DNA from: Planctomycetota bacterium
Lineage (GTDB): Bacteria > Planctomycetota > UBA8108 > UBA1146
NCBI GenBank assembly: GCA_032128395.1
Contig: JAQBGV010000184.1
Location: forward strand, 3,907-67,906
Direction of reading: 5' to 3'
DNA: 64,000 nucleotides
Below the pieces are notes generated by a model. That model worked only from the letters and a program-made list of their open reading frames with translations. It was not told the DNA's origin and searched no databases. Below, in pieces: positions 28,102 to 38,596 of the stretch. Position numbers and translations under genes: made by a program. Positions within the stretch are counted from its first letter, which is position 1, and every line of letters begins with the position of its first letter.

Positions 28102-29574
28102 GTGGCAGCTCCGGAGTGGGGAGCCCCGCTGGCCCCTCGGAAGGACCGGGAATTGACCCTCGAGCAGTACATCGACCCGATCTCGGAGCGCTACGCGTCC
28201 GCCCCGATGCGGGAACTGTTCTCGCCGCTCTGCCGTGCGCGGGTCTGGCGGGACCTCTGGATCGCACTCGCGGACGCCGAGCGTGAGTTTGGGCTGCCGG
28301 TCACTGCTGGCCAGGTCACCGAGCTGCGCGAGGCCCGGGACCGGATCGATCTCGACCGCGTCGCGAAATTCGAGAAGGAACTGCGCCACGACGTGATGGC
28401 GCACATCCACGCCTACGGTGAAGTCGCCCCGGGAGCGCGTGGGATTCTCCACCTCGGAGCCACGAGCTGCTACGTCACCGATAACGCCGACCTCATTCTG
28501 ATGCGTCGCGGTCTGGAGTTGATTTCCGAGGAGCTGCTTCGCGCGATCCACGCCTTCGCTCGCTTCGCGCGTGAGCACGCTGCGGTTCCCACCCTCGGTC
28601 TCACCCATCTCCAACCGGCCCAGTTGACGACGGTCGGCAAGCGGTGCGCGCTCTGGGTTCAGGATCTCGTCGATGTCTGGAGCGAGATCGAGGACATTCG
28701 CGAGCGGCTCCCATTTCGAGGCGTGAAGGGGACCACCGGTACCCAAGCCTCCTTCCTCCACCTCCTGGGTGGGGATGCGGAGAAGGTGCGTGCCCTCGAA
28801 CGGCGCGTGGCGGAGTCGATGGGATTCACAACTGTCGTTCCGCTCACCGGCCAGACCTACTCGCGTCTCTGGGATCTTCGCATCATCAGCCGACTCGGCG
28901 AGCTCGGCGCCGCAGCGCACAAACTCGCGACCGACCTTCGGCTCCTCCAAGCCTTCGGCGAGGTGGAGGAACCGTTCGCCGCGAGCCAGGTCGGTTCCTC
29001 CGCGATGCCTTACAAGAGGAATCCCATGCGCGCGGAGCGCGTCTGCTCGCTCGCTCGGCATCTGATGTCGATTCCCCCCGGAATGGCAACCCTCGCCTCG
29101 ACGCAGTGGATGGAGCGCACCCTCGACGACAGCGCCCACCGGCGAGTGGCGATCCCCCAGGCGTTCCTGACGGCGGATGCGGTTCTGCTCACCCTCCACA
29201 ACATCGGATCGGGCCTTACCCTCATCCCCCAGGTCGTCGAGCGTCGGGTCGCCGAGCAACTACCGTTCATGGCGGCGGAGGAGGTCCTGATGGGGGGGGT
29301 GAGCGACGGAGGTGATCGGCAGGACCTTCACGAGCGGATCCGCCAGCTCTCCTGGCGCGCGAAGAAACAACTCGTCGAAGAGGGCGGCGCGAATCCTCTG
29401 CGCGCCTGGCTCGAGGCCGACTCCGTCCTCGGTCCCGTCGTCGAGAAACTCCCCCCGTGGGAACCGACCCGTTTCGTCGGCCTGGCGCCGGAGCAGACGA
29501 TCCGCTACCTCGACTCTGTGGTCGGCGCCCTCCCCGTCCCCCCTGACGAGTCCCCCTCCGATCTCGAGGTGTAG
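28102..29574 (+). CDS. purB: Adenylosuccinate lyase (start codon uncertain)
   Basis: Fumarate lyase family motifs: HLGATSCYVTDNAD, GSSAMPYKRNP signature; colinear with Bacillus-type PurB. Confidence 0.85.
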   Translation: MAAPEWGAPLAPRKDRELTLEQYIDPISERYASAPMRELFSPLCRARVWRDLWIALADAEREFGLPVTAGQVTELREARDRIDLDRVAKFEKELRHDVMAHIHAYGEVAPGARGILHLGATSCYVTDNADLILMRRGLELISEELLRAIHAFARFAREHAAVPTLGLTHLQPAQLTTVGKRCALWVQDLVDVWSEIEDIRERLPFRGVKGTTGTQASFLHLLGGDAEKVRALERRVAESMGFTTVVPLTGQTYSRLWDLRIISRLGELGAAAHKLATDLRLLQAFGEVEEPFAASQVGSSAMPYKRNPMRAERVCSLARHLMSIPPGMATLASTQWMERTLDDSAHRRVAIPQAFLTADAVLLTLHNIGSGLTLIPQVVERRVAEQLPFMAAEEVLMGGVSDGGDRQDLHERIRQLSWRAKKQLVEEGGANPLRAWLEADSVLGPVVEKLPPWEPTRFVGLAPEQTIRYLDSVVGALPVPPDESPSDLEV

Positions 29575-29607
29575 CGAGAGCCCCCTTCGCTCTCGAGCCC
29601 GGGACCG

Positions 29608-30588
29608 ATGGGGCGGCCGGGTTCGATTCTGGCCCGGGGCTCGTCAATAATGCGAGCAGACGGAGGTACATTGGCGAACACCCGGATCGGTCAGGTGATC
29701 TTTCGCTCGAGCCGAGAGGTGATCGTGCTCATCGGTGAAGAGCGTATTCCCTGTGAGTTGCGTGGACTGCTCCGCCGGCGGGGCTCGAACGCGGTGGTGG
29801 TCGGGGACCGGGTAGAGGTGATCTCGGACGGCCCCGACCGGGGTCGGGTCGAAGACGTACTCCCCCGTGACAAGACTCTCTCCCGTCGTCGAGAGTCGGG
29901 GCGAGGGCGCGAGCTCGTGATCGCCGCCAACGTCCACCAGGTCGTCGCGATGCTCGCCGCGCGTCAACCGCGCCCGAAGCTCGGTGCTCTCGACCGTCTC
30001 CTCGTCGCCGCGGCAAGTTCCGATCTCGCGGCGACGATCGTCTTGAACAAGGTGGATCTCGGAGTCCCACCCGACATCGATGACGCACTCGGATGCTACG
30101 CAGAGATGGGGTATCCGGTCGTGAAGACCAGTCGCCTAACGGGTGAGGGTCTCGCGCAGTTCGAGGAGGTCCTCGCCGGGAAGACTACCGTGGTGTCCGG
30201 GCCATCCGGGGTCGGGAAGAGTTCGCTGATCGCCCCGATCATCGGCGTGGATCTGCGGGTCGGAGACGTGAGTCGGGCGAACGAGAAGGGCCGGCACACC
30301 ACCACTGCCGTCACGTGGTATCCACTCCGCGGAGCAGGCGCAGTGCTCGACACTCCCGGATTCCGCGACTACGCCCTCTGGGGGCTCCCGGCGGAAGAGC
30401 TAGCGGAGTGCTTTCCGGAATTCCGGCCCTTCCTCGGTTCCTGCCACTTCACCAACTGTCTCCATCGCGAGGAGCCCCGCTGCGCGATCCAGGATGCGGC
30501 GAAGCGGGGTGAGCTCGATCCGCGGCGATACCATAGCTACCTCGGCATCCTGCAGTCCATCCTCGAGCAGGACCCCACCCGTGGCTGA
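29608..30588 (+). CDS. rsgA: Ribosome small-subunit-dependent GTPase A (RsgA/YjeQ)
   Basis: Circularly permuted GTPase: NKVDL (G4) before GPSGVGKSS (G1) and DTPGF (G3); C-terminal CxxC...H...C zinc finger. Confidence 0.8.
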   Translation: MGRPGSILARGSSIMRADGGTLANTRIGQVIFRSSREVIVLIGEERIPCELRGLLRRRGSNAVVVGDRVEVISDGPDRGRVEDVLPRDKTLSRRRESGRGRELVIAANVHQVVAMLAARQPRPKLGALDRLLVAAASSDLAATIVLNKVDLGVPPDIDDALGCYAEMGYPVVKTSRLTGEGLAQFEEVLAGKTTVVSGPSGVGKSSLIAPIIGVDLRVGDVSRANEKGRHTTTAVTWYPLRGAGAVLDTPGFRDYALWGLPAEELAECFPEFRPFLGSCHFTNCLHREEPRCAIQDAAKRGELDPRRYHSYLGILQSILEQDPTRG

Positions 30589-30714
30589 CGGATTCCGCTC
30601 CCCCGGCGAGGGATCCGTTCTCGACTCGCGTCCTCCTCCCACGTGGGGGATCCTCGGGCCCCGGCACCTCCGGATCGCCAGCTCCACCTCCATCCGACCG
30701 AGCTCGGGACCGAG

Positions 30715-31344
30715 ATGACCGAACGCGAGCCGCGCGGCGATGAGCTCCGGCCGACCCAGCTTCGAGAGCTGGTCGAGCGGGCTAGGAGTGGCGACCGCGA
30801 AGCGTTCACCGAACTGGTGGAACGGCACCGCGGGATCGCCGCGGCGAAGGCGTTCGGGATCCTCGGTGACGTGCACCTGACTGCGGATGCGTTGCAGGAG
30901 GCGTTCCTCAAGGCGTGGCAGAGGATCTTGACCCTGCGCGAACCGGAGCGGTTCTCAGGGTGGTTTCTGGCGATCGTCCAGAGGTCTTCGCTCGACCTTT
31001 CGCGACGACGCGGCCGTGTGTCGCTGCACGAGCAGGGGTGGGAAGAGCTGCCGGGGGAGGACGGAGCCGCTCCGGCGAAAGCGTCGGGGGCGGAGGCCCT
31101 CGTGCAGGAGGAACGCGGAGACCGGATCCGCGTGGCCCTTCGCGCCTTGCCTCCCGAATACCGTGAGGTGATCATCCTGAAGCACGCCGAGGGGCGCTCG
31201 TACCGCGAGATCGCCCGACTGCTCGGTACCACAGTGAAGGCGGTGGAGTCCCGCCTGTTCCGAGCCCGACAGCAACTCGGTCGGATGCTCGAGGAAAAGG
31301 AGCCGCCCGCTCGCGGGCGGCCTCCCAGAAAGGACGAGAGATGA
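30715..31344 (+). CDS. ECF (group IV) sigma-70 factor; alternative start at 30643
   Basis: Sigma-70 region 2 (LQEAFLKAWQRI) and region 4 (EVIILKHAEGRSYREIARLLGTTVKAVESRLFRARQQL). Confidence 0.8.
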   Translation: MTEREPRGDELRPTQLRELVERARSGDREAFTELVERHRGIAAAKAFGILGDVHLTADALQEAFLKAWQRILTLREPERFSGWFLAIVQRSSLDLSRRRGRVSLHEQGWEELPGEDGAAPAKASGAEALVQEERGDRIRVALRALPPEYREVIILKHAEGRSYREIARLLGTTVKAVESRLFRARQQLGRMLEEKEPPARGRPPRKDER

Positions 31345-32390
31345 CGCGGGCGATCTCGTGCGAGCTTGCGGACCGCTGGCTCTCGCGAGCGATCGACGAG
31401 GAGATCACCTCCGAAGAGGAGCAACTCCTCGAGTCGCATCTCGACACTTGCCCTCGCTGCCGCGAGGAGCGGGATCGTCTCGCCGTGGAGATCGGCCGGA
31501 TCGATCGCGGCTTTGCTGGGATCTCCGAGGAGCTCGACGCCCTGCTCAGGGGGCGGATGGGTCCGGAGCAGATCCTCGATGCTGAGATTCGGTCGTCGGC
31601 TGCTCCCCGCGGACGCCGGCTCGGCGCGCTCGCAGCCGTGGTTGCCATGGCGCTTGTCGCCGCTCTTCTGTTCTGGACCCTGCCCGACGGCTCTGCTACC
31701 GCTCCTCGAGTGATCGTCGAGTGGGGGGATGCCGGAGTCGAGTGGACGAGCGACGGAGTCCTTCGGTCGTTCGCTGGAAGTGGCGAGCAGTCGCTGGTAG
31801 CCGGGGATCGACTTCGACTCCCCGCGGGGGGAGATGCCCGGCTCACGTTCCCCGACGGCAGCATCGGCCGCCTCGGCCCCCAGAGCCAGCTCGCGTTCCG
31901 CGCGATCGGAAGCGACGACGAACTCGAGCTGGGCATCGGTCGCGCCGCCTTCGATATCACTCCCCGGGACGACGCACATTTCGTAGTGCTCACTCCCCTC
32001 GTTCGAATCGAAGTTGTCGGAACCCGATTCGGAGTGATTCACGAGAACGGTTGGACCGATGTGACGGTGGAGGAGGGAGAGGTCGTGGTCTCGCGGCGCA
32101 CCCGTGAGCCCGCGTTGATCCATCTCGGACCGGGGGCTGGGCTCAAACTTTCTTCGCAGACGATGTTCTACGACAGCGGTGGTTACATCTTGAGAGAGGG
32201 CGAACCGGATGCACGAATCGATTCGGGACCGCCGAGTTCCGGCCCTGGAACGAATGCGGGGGGGGACGCGGGACCGGACCCCACCGGCACCACCCCGCCG
32301 GGCTCGACTCCGCTGGACGGAGATGGTGAGCGAAAAAGACCGCTCGATATGCCTCCGGGGGAAACGCGGGGGAGTGGCGGCGGAAACTGA
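31341..32390 (+). CDS. Anti-sigma factor with N-terminal zf-HC2-like domain, one TM helix and periplasmic FecR domain
   Basis: HLDTCPRCREE motif, TM LGALAAVVAMALVAALLFW, FecR-like beta region; ATGA overlap with the sigma gene. Confidence 0.7.
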   Translation: MTRAISCELADRWLSRAIDEEITSEEEQLLESHLDTCPRCREERDRLAVEIGRIDRGFAGISEELDALLRGRMGPEQILDAEIRSSAAPRGRRLGALAAVVAMALVAALLFWTLPDGSATAPRVIVEWGDAGVEWTSDGVLRSFAGSGEQSLVAGDRLRLPAGGDARLTFPDGSIGRLGPQSQLAFRAIGSDDELELGIGRAAFDITPRDDAHFVVLTPLVRIEVVGTRFGVIHENGWTDVTVEEGEVVVSRRTREPALIHLGPGAGLKLSSQTMFYDSGGYILREGEPDARIDSGPPSSGPGTNAGGDAGPDPTGTTPPGSTPLDGDGERKRPLDMPPGETRGSGGGN

Positions 32391-32448
32391 CGCGGTGGGG
32401 GAGAGGGTCGTGGGAAGGAGCGCGGGGGAGTTCGCGTCGGTCGAGCTG

Positions 32449-32511
32449 CCGTCCGACCGGGCATGAGCAAGCCGGCGACGTCCGAATCGATGTTTTCCGA
32501 CAGCCTGCTAG
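32449..32511 (+). repeat. About 63-bp intergenic repeat, copy A (about 90 percent identical to the reverse complement of 39181..39243)
   Basis: ccgtccgac(c)gggc..gagcaagccggcgacgtccgaatcga.gtttt.cgac.gcct.ctag aligns between the two loci in opposite orientation; the shared spurious peptide RKTSIRTSPACS in two antisense ORFs confirms it. Confidence 0.7.
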
Positions 32512-33515
32512 TCCTGCGAGAAGAACACCAAACCTTCGATGAGATAGACCTCGCGGTTCTCGTAGATCCACCCCTCGTAGAATGAGTTCCCCTCGCGCTT
32601 CCAGGTGACACGATGCGGGTAGCCCCAGGCGAGGACGACTTCCTCTCGTTTCATCCCCTCCGCGACCTCATGTGACCCCGCCAGTTCTTTGTACTGCGGA
32701 GTGCTGCGCCCTCGGAGGAGGGAAGCTTGTTGGCGCCGCTCGCTCCAGCGCGCGATTTCATCGCGTAGGTGCGACTGATCGAGGGTCATCCGCTCCCCAT
32801 CCCGCTCGATCATGCCGGTCTCGTGCAGAAAAACGGATCGAGGTCGCCACCCCTTGCTCGACTCGATCAGTCCCAGGGACTCGAAGGTGCTCGTGACCGA
32901 GCGCTCGTTGCCGTACTTCTCGGCGAGTTGATTTGCGTAGGCGATCCATCGATCGTCCCCCTCGAAGTGCGGGTGGCCGATCTTGAGCCATGCGACTGCG
33001 GACTCCTGGTCGCGACCAAGTTCATCGGTGGCGAGGTCGGCCCAACGAGAGGCCACCTGTTCGCGGAACTCGATTTGTTCCTCACCGGTGGAGAGGCCGA
33101 GAGCCCAACCGATCACCGCTCGGCGGCGCGGGGACGGGGTCGAATCCAGGCGAGCAGAGAGCCCGGCGAACAAACTATCCGCCGCCGGTGTTCCCTGGAT
33201 GTCCTCCACCCGATACTCCCAACTCCCACCGTTCGATCGATTCGCGCGAGCGTGAATCTCGAGGATCCCTCGGCGGGTCTTCGAGTCCATGAGGACCTGG
33301 AATCGCTTCTCCTCAGGCACGATGAACTTCGCCTCGCACCCCTCGAGTTCCATTCGGACTCCGACTTGTGAGCTGTAGCGGGCGAGGACGCGGACCTGCG
33401 CTCCCTCGGTCGGCGAGAAGTGGGCGAGCTCCTCGGCGACGACCTGGGGTACGGTCTCCTCACCGCCGGGAGGCGCGACGAGGACGATGGCGAGGAGCAG
33501 CACGAGTCCGCTCAT
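32508..33515 (-). CDS. Secreted hypothetical protein, translationally coupled (ATGA overlap) to the upstream large regulatory protein; possible BamE-like C-terminal fold
   Basis: Signal/TM MSGLVLLLAIVLVAPPGG; coding-like; the annotated ORF start at 33626 is an extension. Confidence 0.45.
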   Translation of the reverse strand: MSGLVLLLAIVLVAPPGGEETVPQVVAEELAHFSPTEGAQVRVLARYSSQVGVRMELEGCEAKFIVPEEKRFQVLMDSKTRRGILEIHARANRSNGGSWEYRVEDIQGTPAADSLFAGLSARLDSTPSPRRRAVIGWALGLSTGEEQIEFREQVASRWADLATDELGRDQESAVAWLKIGHPHFEGDDRWIAYANQLAEKYGNERSVTSTFESLGLIESSKGWRPRSVFLHETGMIERDGERMTLDQSHLRDEIARWSERRQQASLLRGRSTPQYKELAGSHEVAEGMKREEVVLAWGYPHRVTWKREGNSFYEGWIYENREVYLIEGLVFFSQD

Positions 33516-36475
33516 CGAACTCTCCCTTCGAAGAGGAGCAGCTGGCCAGTCACGAGGAGGACGAGCACATCTCCGTCGGCAGTTGAGGCCAGACCCACGA
33601 CCGGGGCCGAGACCTGGATCGACCACTGCGGATCCCCGGTGGGGGAGACGCAGTACAGGCGACCATCGCGGCCGCCGAAGAACGTCTCCTCACCCGTCGT
33701 CAGCGGTGGACAGCTGAGGATCGTGGGGGCGGGGAACGCGGTCCACTTCGATCCGTCGAACTCGACCCATCGCCGATCCGTAGTCCCATAGAAGAGAGTG
33801 CCATCCCGTTCGACGACGTCGGTTGCAGGAGCGGGCCACTGCTCCACTCCCTCGGGCGCCTGGCGCGTCCCGTTACGGAGGAGCAGAGATCCATCGGAGA
33901 GAACCGCGGAGATCTCGCTCGGGTAGGCGCGCTCGTGGAGCAGCGCGAGGCCGGGGAGCTCGAGGATCCTCACCCGGTCGGCGCCATCGGTCACGACGAG
34001 CACGTCCCCTCGCACTGCGAGGCTCTTCACAGGGAATCCGGGTTCGGAACGGGCGATCACCCGACCGGTGTTCCGGTCGAGAAGTTGCACCCGCCCCGTC
34101 TCGTCCCCGATCGCCATGTCTCCCCCTGGAATCGAGCTGACCGCGAGTACCGGGGAATCGAGGCGGACCCCCCAACGGGTTTCCCAGCCAGTGGTCTCGA
34201 CGCAGTGGATCTCGCCGTCGTAGCCGGCGATCACGATCACATCTTCTTCCGCCACTACTCTCGCCGAGGGGTGCCCCGGTTTCCCACCGATGAACACCCG
34301 GCGGGCGGTCTTTGTGGCCTCTCGACTGTCGGGGAGCGCATAGACGCGTCCATCCCGACACGGGACCAGGATGAACCCTGGGATCGAGGTTGCGGCGCGA
34401 TCGAGCCCGCCGGGGAGAGCTCCCGCCGCGAGGGGGGCACGGGTCATCTGGATGCGAAGGCGAGCCCGGCCATCGTCGGTGTGTTTTAGCTCCTGGTCTT
34501 CGCAGCCGGGGCGGGACAGACGGATCACGAACGGCTCGGATCCCGGTTCGAAGTGATGGACGTAAGGGGTTCGACCGATGCCGACCCCCGCGACGTCGAT
34601 CCGCGCGCCGGGAGGGTCGGTCTCGATCGAGAGGGGGAGACGGATCTCCGCCTGGACCTCGAGGGGAAGGCTCCGGACCGGCCCCTCGAGGAGGCGATCG
34701 AGGGAGGCTCGCGCCTCCTTGAATCGACCCTCGTTCTCAGCGGTCCTCGAACTGGTGAGCAGCTCCTCTGCGTGCTGACGACGTCGCTCACGCGACTGAC
34801 GGTCGCGTTGCTCGAGGTCCTCGACGCGGGCCTTGTCTTCCTGCCGGAGGCGCACGATACGGGCATCGAGATCCTGGAGTGCGTCGCGGCTCCGTGACGC
34901 GACGGTGGACATCCCGTAGTCGGCGACGATCTCGCGGAGGTGCGCCCGTGCTTCCTCGAGTTGAACGGTCTCGGCCTCGGCGATCTGGAGGCGCAAGCTC
35001 TCCTGGAAGAGGCCCCGTGCACGGGTTTCGTAACGGAGTGCGGGAATCGCGGCGGCAACGATGAGGACGGTCGCGACGGTCAAAACGATGCGGCGAATGC
35101 GGCGAAATTTCTGGACTCCCTCCTCCCTGTGGATGAGGGACTCGAGCTTGTTGCGCAGCCCAGTGATCTCAGGGTCGATCTCAAACAGGAGTCGAGCGGC
35201 GCGAATCGACTCCGGTCGACTCTTCGTCTCTTCAGCGAGTCGGAGTGCCCGCTCGAGGTAGTCGACGGCGAGGCCGATCTGGCCGATCTTCTGGGCGAGT
35301 TCCCCGCGTTCCACCCAATACTGGAACTTGCCGCGTTCGCTCTCCTCGAGCTCAGCGAGAAGTGCTTCTGCCTCGTGGAACTCACCCTGCCGCTTGAGCG
35401 CGTTGAGTAGCTCGACTCGAAGCTCTTCGAGCGAACGAGGGGAGGCGGCACTGCGCAGGGTCCAGAGTTGTTGCAGGACCGCGAGGTCGTTCGGGTGGAG
35501 ATCGCGGAGGACCCGTCCGATCTCCCATGCCTCGGCCATCCGACTCTCGAGGCGGAGGCGCTCGAGCGCCTGGAAGAGGATTGCCGAGGCATCCTTCTTG
35601 CGTCCCACCTCGACCATGTAGCGGCCGACTTCGACCAGGAACGAGGCGTCCCGGCTCTGCGGGATCCCCCACTCCTGGAGGAAGCGGTAAAGATCGGCCG
35701 CGCGATCCCGCTCGTTGTGTTTCCGGTGCTGTCGCGCGACCTCGAGCATTTCGGTGAAGTCGAGGGTGCGGAGCCACCCCTCCTCCACGAACCGGTAGAG
35801 GATCTTCAGGGTCTGGAACCGACTGGTCGGGGCGACCCTTTGGATCTGCTCGACCGGGGCGGACTGCGCGCAGTACCCCCAGATCTCCCGGTCACGGTCG
35901 GAGATCTCGGCCCCGGCGGGAATCGCCTCGACCTGTCGGGCGACCCAGATCTTCGGATCGGGGAGCCGGGTTCTGATGATGCGGGACTCGTCGAGTTGAC
36001 GCAGACCCTCGATGAGCACCGACTGCGGGTCGACCCGGACCTGGGTGTACTTCTGCATGGGTTCGAGGAGATCGGGTGGACAGAAGTCGGGGACGAATTC
36101 GAAGTCCCCCTCTTCCCACATCAGGAGCTCGTAGAGCTCTTCCTCGAACTTGGTTCGGAGTGCGGCCTGGAGGTGTTCCGGCTCGATGACCCCCTGCTCG
36201 ATGAGGATGCGACCGAACAGCTTGTCAGAGTTCTTCTGCTCTTCGACCGCGGCTTCGATCTGTTCCCTGGAGACCACCCCGGCGCGCAGGAGGACCTCTC
36301 CTAGGAGGATCGTTCCGGACCCGGAACCGAGGAAAGCGATCGAGCCGGTCGCGAAGTATATCGTCTTTTTTTCGTGGCGGGAGGTGACGTAGAGGGTGCC
36401 GGTGTGCTGATTGCAGGCCAGGGTCTGGAAGAGTTCTCCCAAACCGAAGTGCTGCAAATGCCCTTTGAGCGCCAT
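33512..36475 (-). CDS. 987-aa multidomain membrane protein: DUF4388-like N-terminus, tandem MshEN/T2SSE_N motifs, helical/TPR-like region, TM helix, coiled coil, PEGA domain, PQQ-like beta-propeller
   Basis: MALKGHLQHFGLGELFQTLACNQHTGTLYV (DUF4388-like); LLGEVLLRAGVVSREQIEAAVEEQ...LFGRILIEQGVIEPEHLQAAL (MshEN motifs); TM VLTVATVLIVAAAIPAL; PEGA-like IDVAGVGIGRTPYVHHFEPG; PQQ blades. ATG at 36475 chosen; upstream 62 codons of the annotated ORF are rejected. Confidence 0.6.
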   Translation of the reverse strand: MALKGHLQHFGLGELFQTLACNQHTGTLYVTSRHEKKTIYFATGSIAFLGSGSGTILLGEVLLRAGVVSREQIEAAVEEQKNSDKLFGRILIEQGVIEPEHLQAALRTKFEEELYELLMWEEGDFEFVPDFCPPDLLEPMQKYTQVRVDPQSVLIEGLRQLDESRIIRTRLPDPKIWVARQVEAIPAGAEISDRDREIWGYCAQSAPVEQIQRVAPTSRFQTLKILYRFVEEGWLRTLDFTEMLEVARQHRKHNERDRAADLYRFLQEWGIPQSRDASFLVEVGRYMVEVGRKKDASAILFQALERLRLESRMAEAWEIGRVLRDLHPNDLAVLQQLWTLRSAASPRSLEELRVELLNALKRQGEFHEAEALLAELEESERGKFQYWVERGELAQKIGQIGLAVDYLERALRLAEETKSRPESIRAARLLFEIDPEITGLRNKLESLIHREEGVQKFRRIRRIVLTVATVLIVAAAIPALRYETRARGLFQESLRLQIAEAETVQLEEARAHLREIVADYGMSTVASRSRDALQDLDARIVRLRQEDKARVEDLEQRDRQSRERRRQHAEELLTSSRTAENEGRFKEARASLDRLLEGPVRSLPLEVQAEIRLPLSIETDPPGARIDVAGVGIGRTPYVHHFEPGSEPFVIRLSRPGCEDQELKHTDDGRARLRIQMTRAPLAAGALPGGLDRAATSIPGFILVPCRDGRVYALPDSREATKTARRVFIGGKPGHPSARVVAEEDVIVIAGYDGEIHCVETTGWETRWGVRLDSPVLAVSSIPGGDMAIGDETGRVQLLDRNTGRVIARSEPGFPVKSLAVRGDVLVVTDGADRVRILELPGLALLHERAYPSEISAVLSDGSLLLRNGTRQAPEGVEQWPAPATDVVERDGTLFYGTTDRRWVEFDGSKWTAFPAPTILSCPPLTTGEETFFGGRDGRLYCVSPTGDPQWSIQVSAPVVGLASTADGDVLVLLVTGQLLLFEGRVR

Positions 36476-36645
36476 GCTTGCTCCGGCTCGACCCACGGTT
36501 CGCCTATGCCGATTCGGCCGGGGCGAACGGAACCGAAGACCGCGGAGCACCCCCCCATTCCCGGACTCCCGCGGAGGAGGATGGTCCTCGACGCCGGGGG
36601 AGGTACGATCCGGGATCGCTCGCCTGCGATCTCCGAGAAGGATAC

Positions 36646-37887
36646 GGCATGACTCTCGCATCGACGAACGAGGAGGGGGACCGGAGCCGCGTCCAACCCC
36701 GAGTTCAGCTCTCCCCGGGGCTCTATGTCCACATCCCGTTCTGTACGGTCCGGTGCTCGTATTGTGACTTTCACGTCGCCGGATTTCGGGAGGGGATCGC
36801 GGTTCGATACGTGGACACGCTCCTCGAGGAGGCGCGAGAATTGTCTGAGGAGGGGTTTCGTCCGCAGACGATCTTCATCGGCGGAGGGACGCCATCCACG
36901 CTCGCGATCCGCGACTGGACGAGGCTCCTCGGTGGATTGTCGGAGTTCTTCGGTGGGGAACAGCTTCTCGAGTGGACCGTCGAAGCAAATCCGGGGACGG
37001 TCGACGGTCCGAAGGCCCGCATCGCTCGGGATGCGGGGGTGGATCGGATCAGTACCGGCGCACAGACCTTCGACCCGGCGGGACTCGCGGTCCTCGGAAG
37101 GCAACATGGAGCCGATGTGGTCGCTGGCGCCCACGAGATCCTGCGCGATGCGGGATTCGAGCGGCTGAGTCTCGACCTGATCATCGGGTGGCCAGGACAG
37201 ACGATCGACTCCCTCGCCGGGGATCTCCGCGCGATCGCAGAGATCGATCCCGACCATGTCAGCCTGTATCACCTCAGCTACGAGAAGGGGACGCTGCTCG
37301 AGCGCAGACGTCTCGCGGGACAAATTGCTCCACTGTCGGACCCCGCAGCGCTCCGGGTCGCGCGTCGCGCATTGGGCGGCTTGGGCGCAGCGGGCTATAC
37401 TCGCTACGAGGTGTCGAACCTCTGCCGATCCGGGCAGGCCTCGCTGCACAACCTCAACTACTGGCAGCGTGGGACCTACCGCGGGATCGGGTCCGGGGCC
37501 GCGAGCTTCGACGGCCGCCTGCGCTGGCGAAACCGACCGGATGTCGGCGCATACCTGCGAGGAGGCGGCCGACCGGAGCGGGTCGAGGTGGAGGAGCTCA
37601 GTGCGGAGACCGCACTCGAGGAGCTCCTCCTCCTCACCCTGCGGCTGACGGATGGGATCACCCTCGACCGGTTCTGGGAGTTCGCGGGCACCTCGCCACA
37701 GGATTTGTGCCGGGAGGCCCTGCCCGAGTTGGTCGAAGCGGGTCTCCTCTGCTGCGACGATGGAACGATGCGGGCCACGGCACGTGGCTTCGAGGTGCTC
37801 GACGCTGTGATCGTGCGCCTCTGGGAAGACTGTCAGCGTTTCGCGAGGCGAAGAGAATGTCCCAGCCGAACTCCTCTCCAGACTTGA
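36646..37887 (+). CDS. hemW: Radical SAM HemN/HemW-family protein (heme chaperone / oxygen-independent coproporphyrinogen oxidase-like)
   Basis: LYVHIPFCTVRCSYCDF CxxxCxxC radical SAM motif, HemN_C-like tail; the annotated ORF start at 36478 is likely an extension. Confidence 0.75.
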   Translation, partial: GMTLASTNEEGDRSRVQPRVQLSPGLYVHIPFCTVRCSYCDFHVAGFREGIAVRYVDTLLEEARELSEEGFRPQTIFIGGGTPSTLAIRDWTRLLGGLSEFFGGEQLLEWTVEANPGTVDGPKARIARDAGVDRISTGAQTFDPAGLAVLGRQHGADVVAGAHEILRDAGFERLSLDLIIGWPGQTIDSLAGDLRAIAEIDPDHVSLYHLSYEKGTLLERRRLAGQIAPLSDPAALRVARRALGGLGAAGYTRYEVSNLCRSGQASLHNLNYWQRGTYRGIGSGAASFDGRLRWRNRPDVGAYLRGGGRPERVEVEELSAETALEELLLLTLRLTDGITLDRFWEFAGTSPQDLCREALPELVEAGLLCCDDGTMRATARGFEVLDAVIVRLWEDCQRFARRRECPSRTPLQT

Positions 37888-38438
37888 TGTTGCTCCTTCG
37901 GATGATCCGCTACCGCGGATGGCTCGAGGAGCCGGAAATCGAGTCCGTTCTTTCCGAGTGTGGAATGCAGGTGAGCGCGGACGAGCTCCTCGAGTTCCTC
38001 TGCGATGGCGAGCACCTCAGCTCGGACCAGGCCGAAGATGCCCGCCGGTTCCTCCGCGAGAAGAGCCGCTCCCTGCGCCTGAACTCGGGGGATCGGTTCC
38101 GGATCGACCGGAGCTTCGGGCAGATCGCGCTCGAGCACGGCTGGCTCGACGCCCCGGGGCTCGAAGCGGCCCTCCTCGAGCAGGAGCGCCTCAGGCGCCT
38201 GCGCCTGAACTTCAGAATCGGTGAGGTCCTGGTTCGACTCGGTTCCCTCCAGGTCGACCAGGTTCGGTCGATTCTGAAGGAGCAGGGATTCGACCTCTCT
38301 TGCTGTCGCGATTGCGACACACTGATCGAGGGCGCCACCAGCGATGTGGGGGACGGGACCTGCCCCGAGTGTGGCGGCGAACTCCGTCCCCCCGTGTTCC
38401 TCGATCCCGTCCCCGCCGACCGCCACAGGTCGAAGTAG
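37857..38438 (+). CDS. MshEN-like tandem-motif protein with C-terminal four-Cys zinc ribbon
   Basis: FGQIALEHGWLDAPGLEAALLEQ and RIGEVLVRLGSLQVDQVRSILKEQ motifs; CCRDCD...CPECGG; the long annotated ORF from 36972 is artefactual upstream of this Met. Confidence 0.45.
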   Translation: MSQPNSSPDLMLLLRMIRYRGWLEEPEIESVLSECGMQVSADELLEFLCDGEHLSSDQAEDARRFLREKSRSLRLNSGDRFRIDRSFGQIALEHGWLDAPGLEAALLEQERLRRLRLNFRIGEVLVRLGSLQVDQVRSILKEQGFDLSCCRDCDTLIEGATSDVGDGTCPECGGELRPPVFLDPVPADRHRSK

Positions 38439-38596
38439 CGGATCGCGTCCCGACCTCGCGCCATCCCTGGCAATTCGCCTGAGAAAGTGCTTCCGATCCG
38501 AACGATCGGAAGCACTCTCTCATCCTAGTGTTGGCACCAGGCTCTTGCTTCCGTCCCGATCCCAGGTTGGCATCGGGGCCGGGACCGAGTCCCGGG

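Noticed and set aside
28003-29259. N-terminal 419 codons of the 1016-aa minus-strand ORF overlapping purB
   Set aside because: This portion is antisense to adenylosuccinate lyase and has no domain features. The signal peptide and RBS appear only at the internal GTG 28002.
36972-37856. Upstream 295 codons of the 488-aa + ORF ending at 38438
   Set aside because: It lies inside hemW in another frame with Arg/Gly-rich junk composition. Only the C-terminal part from ATG 37857 shows MshEN-like motifs and a zinc ribbon.
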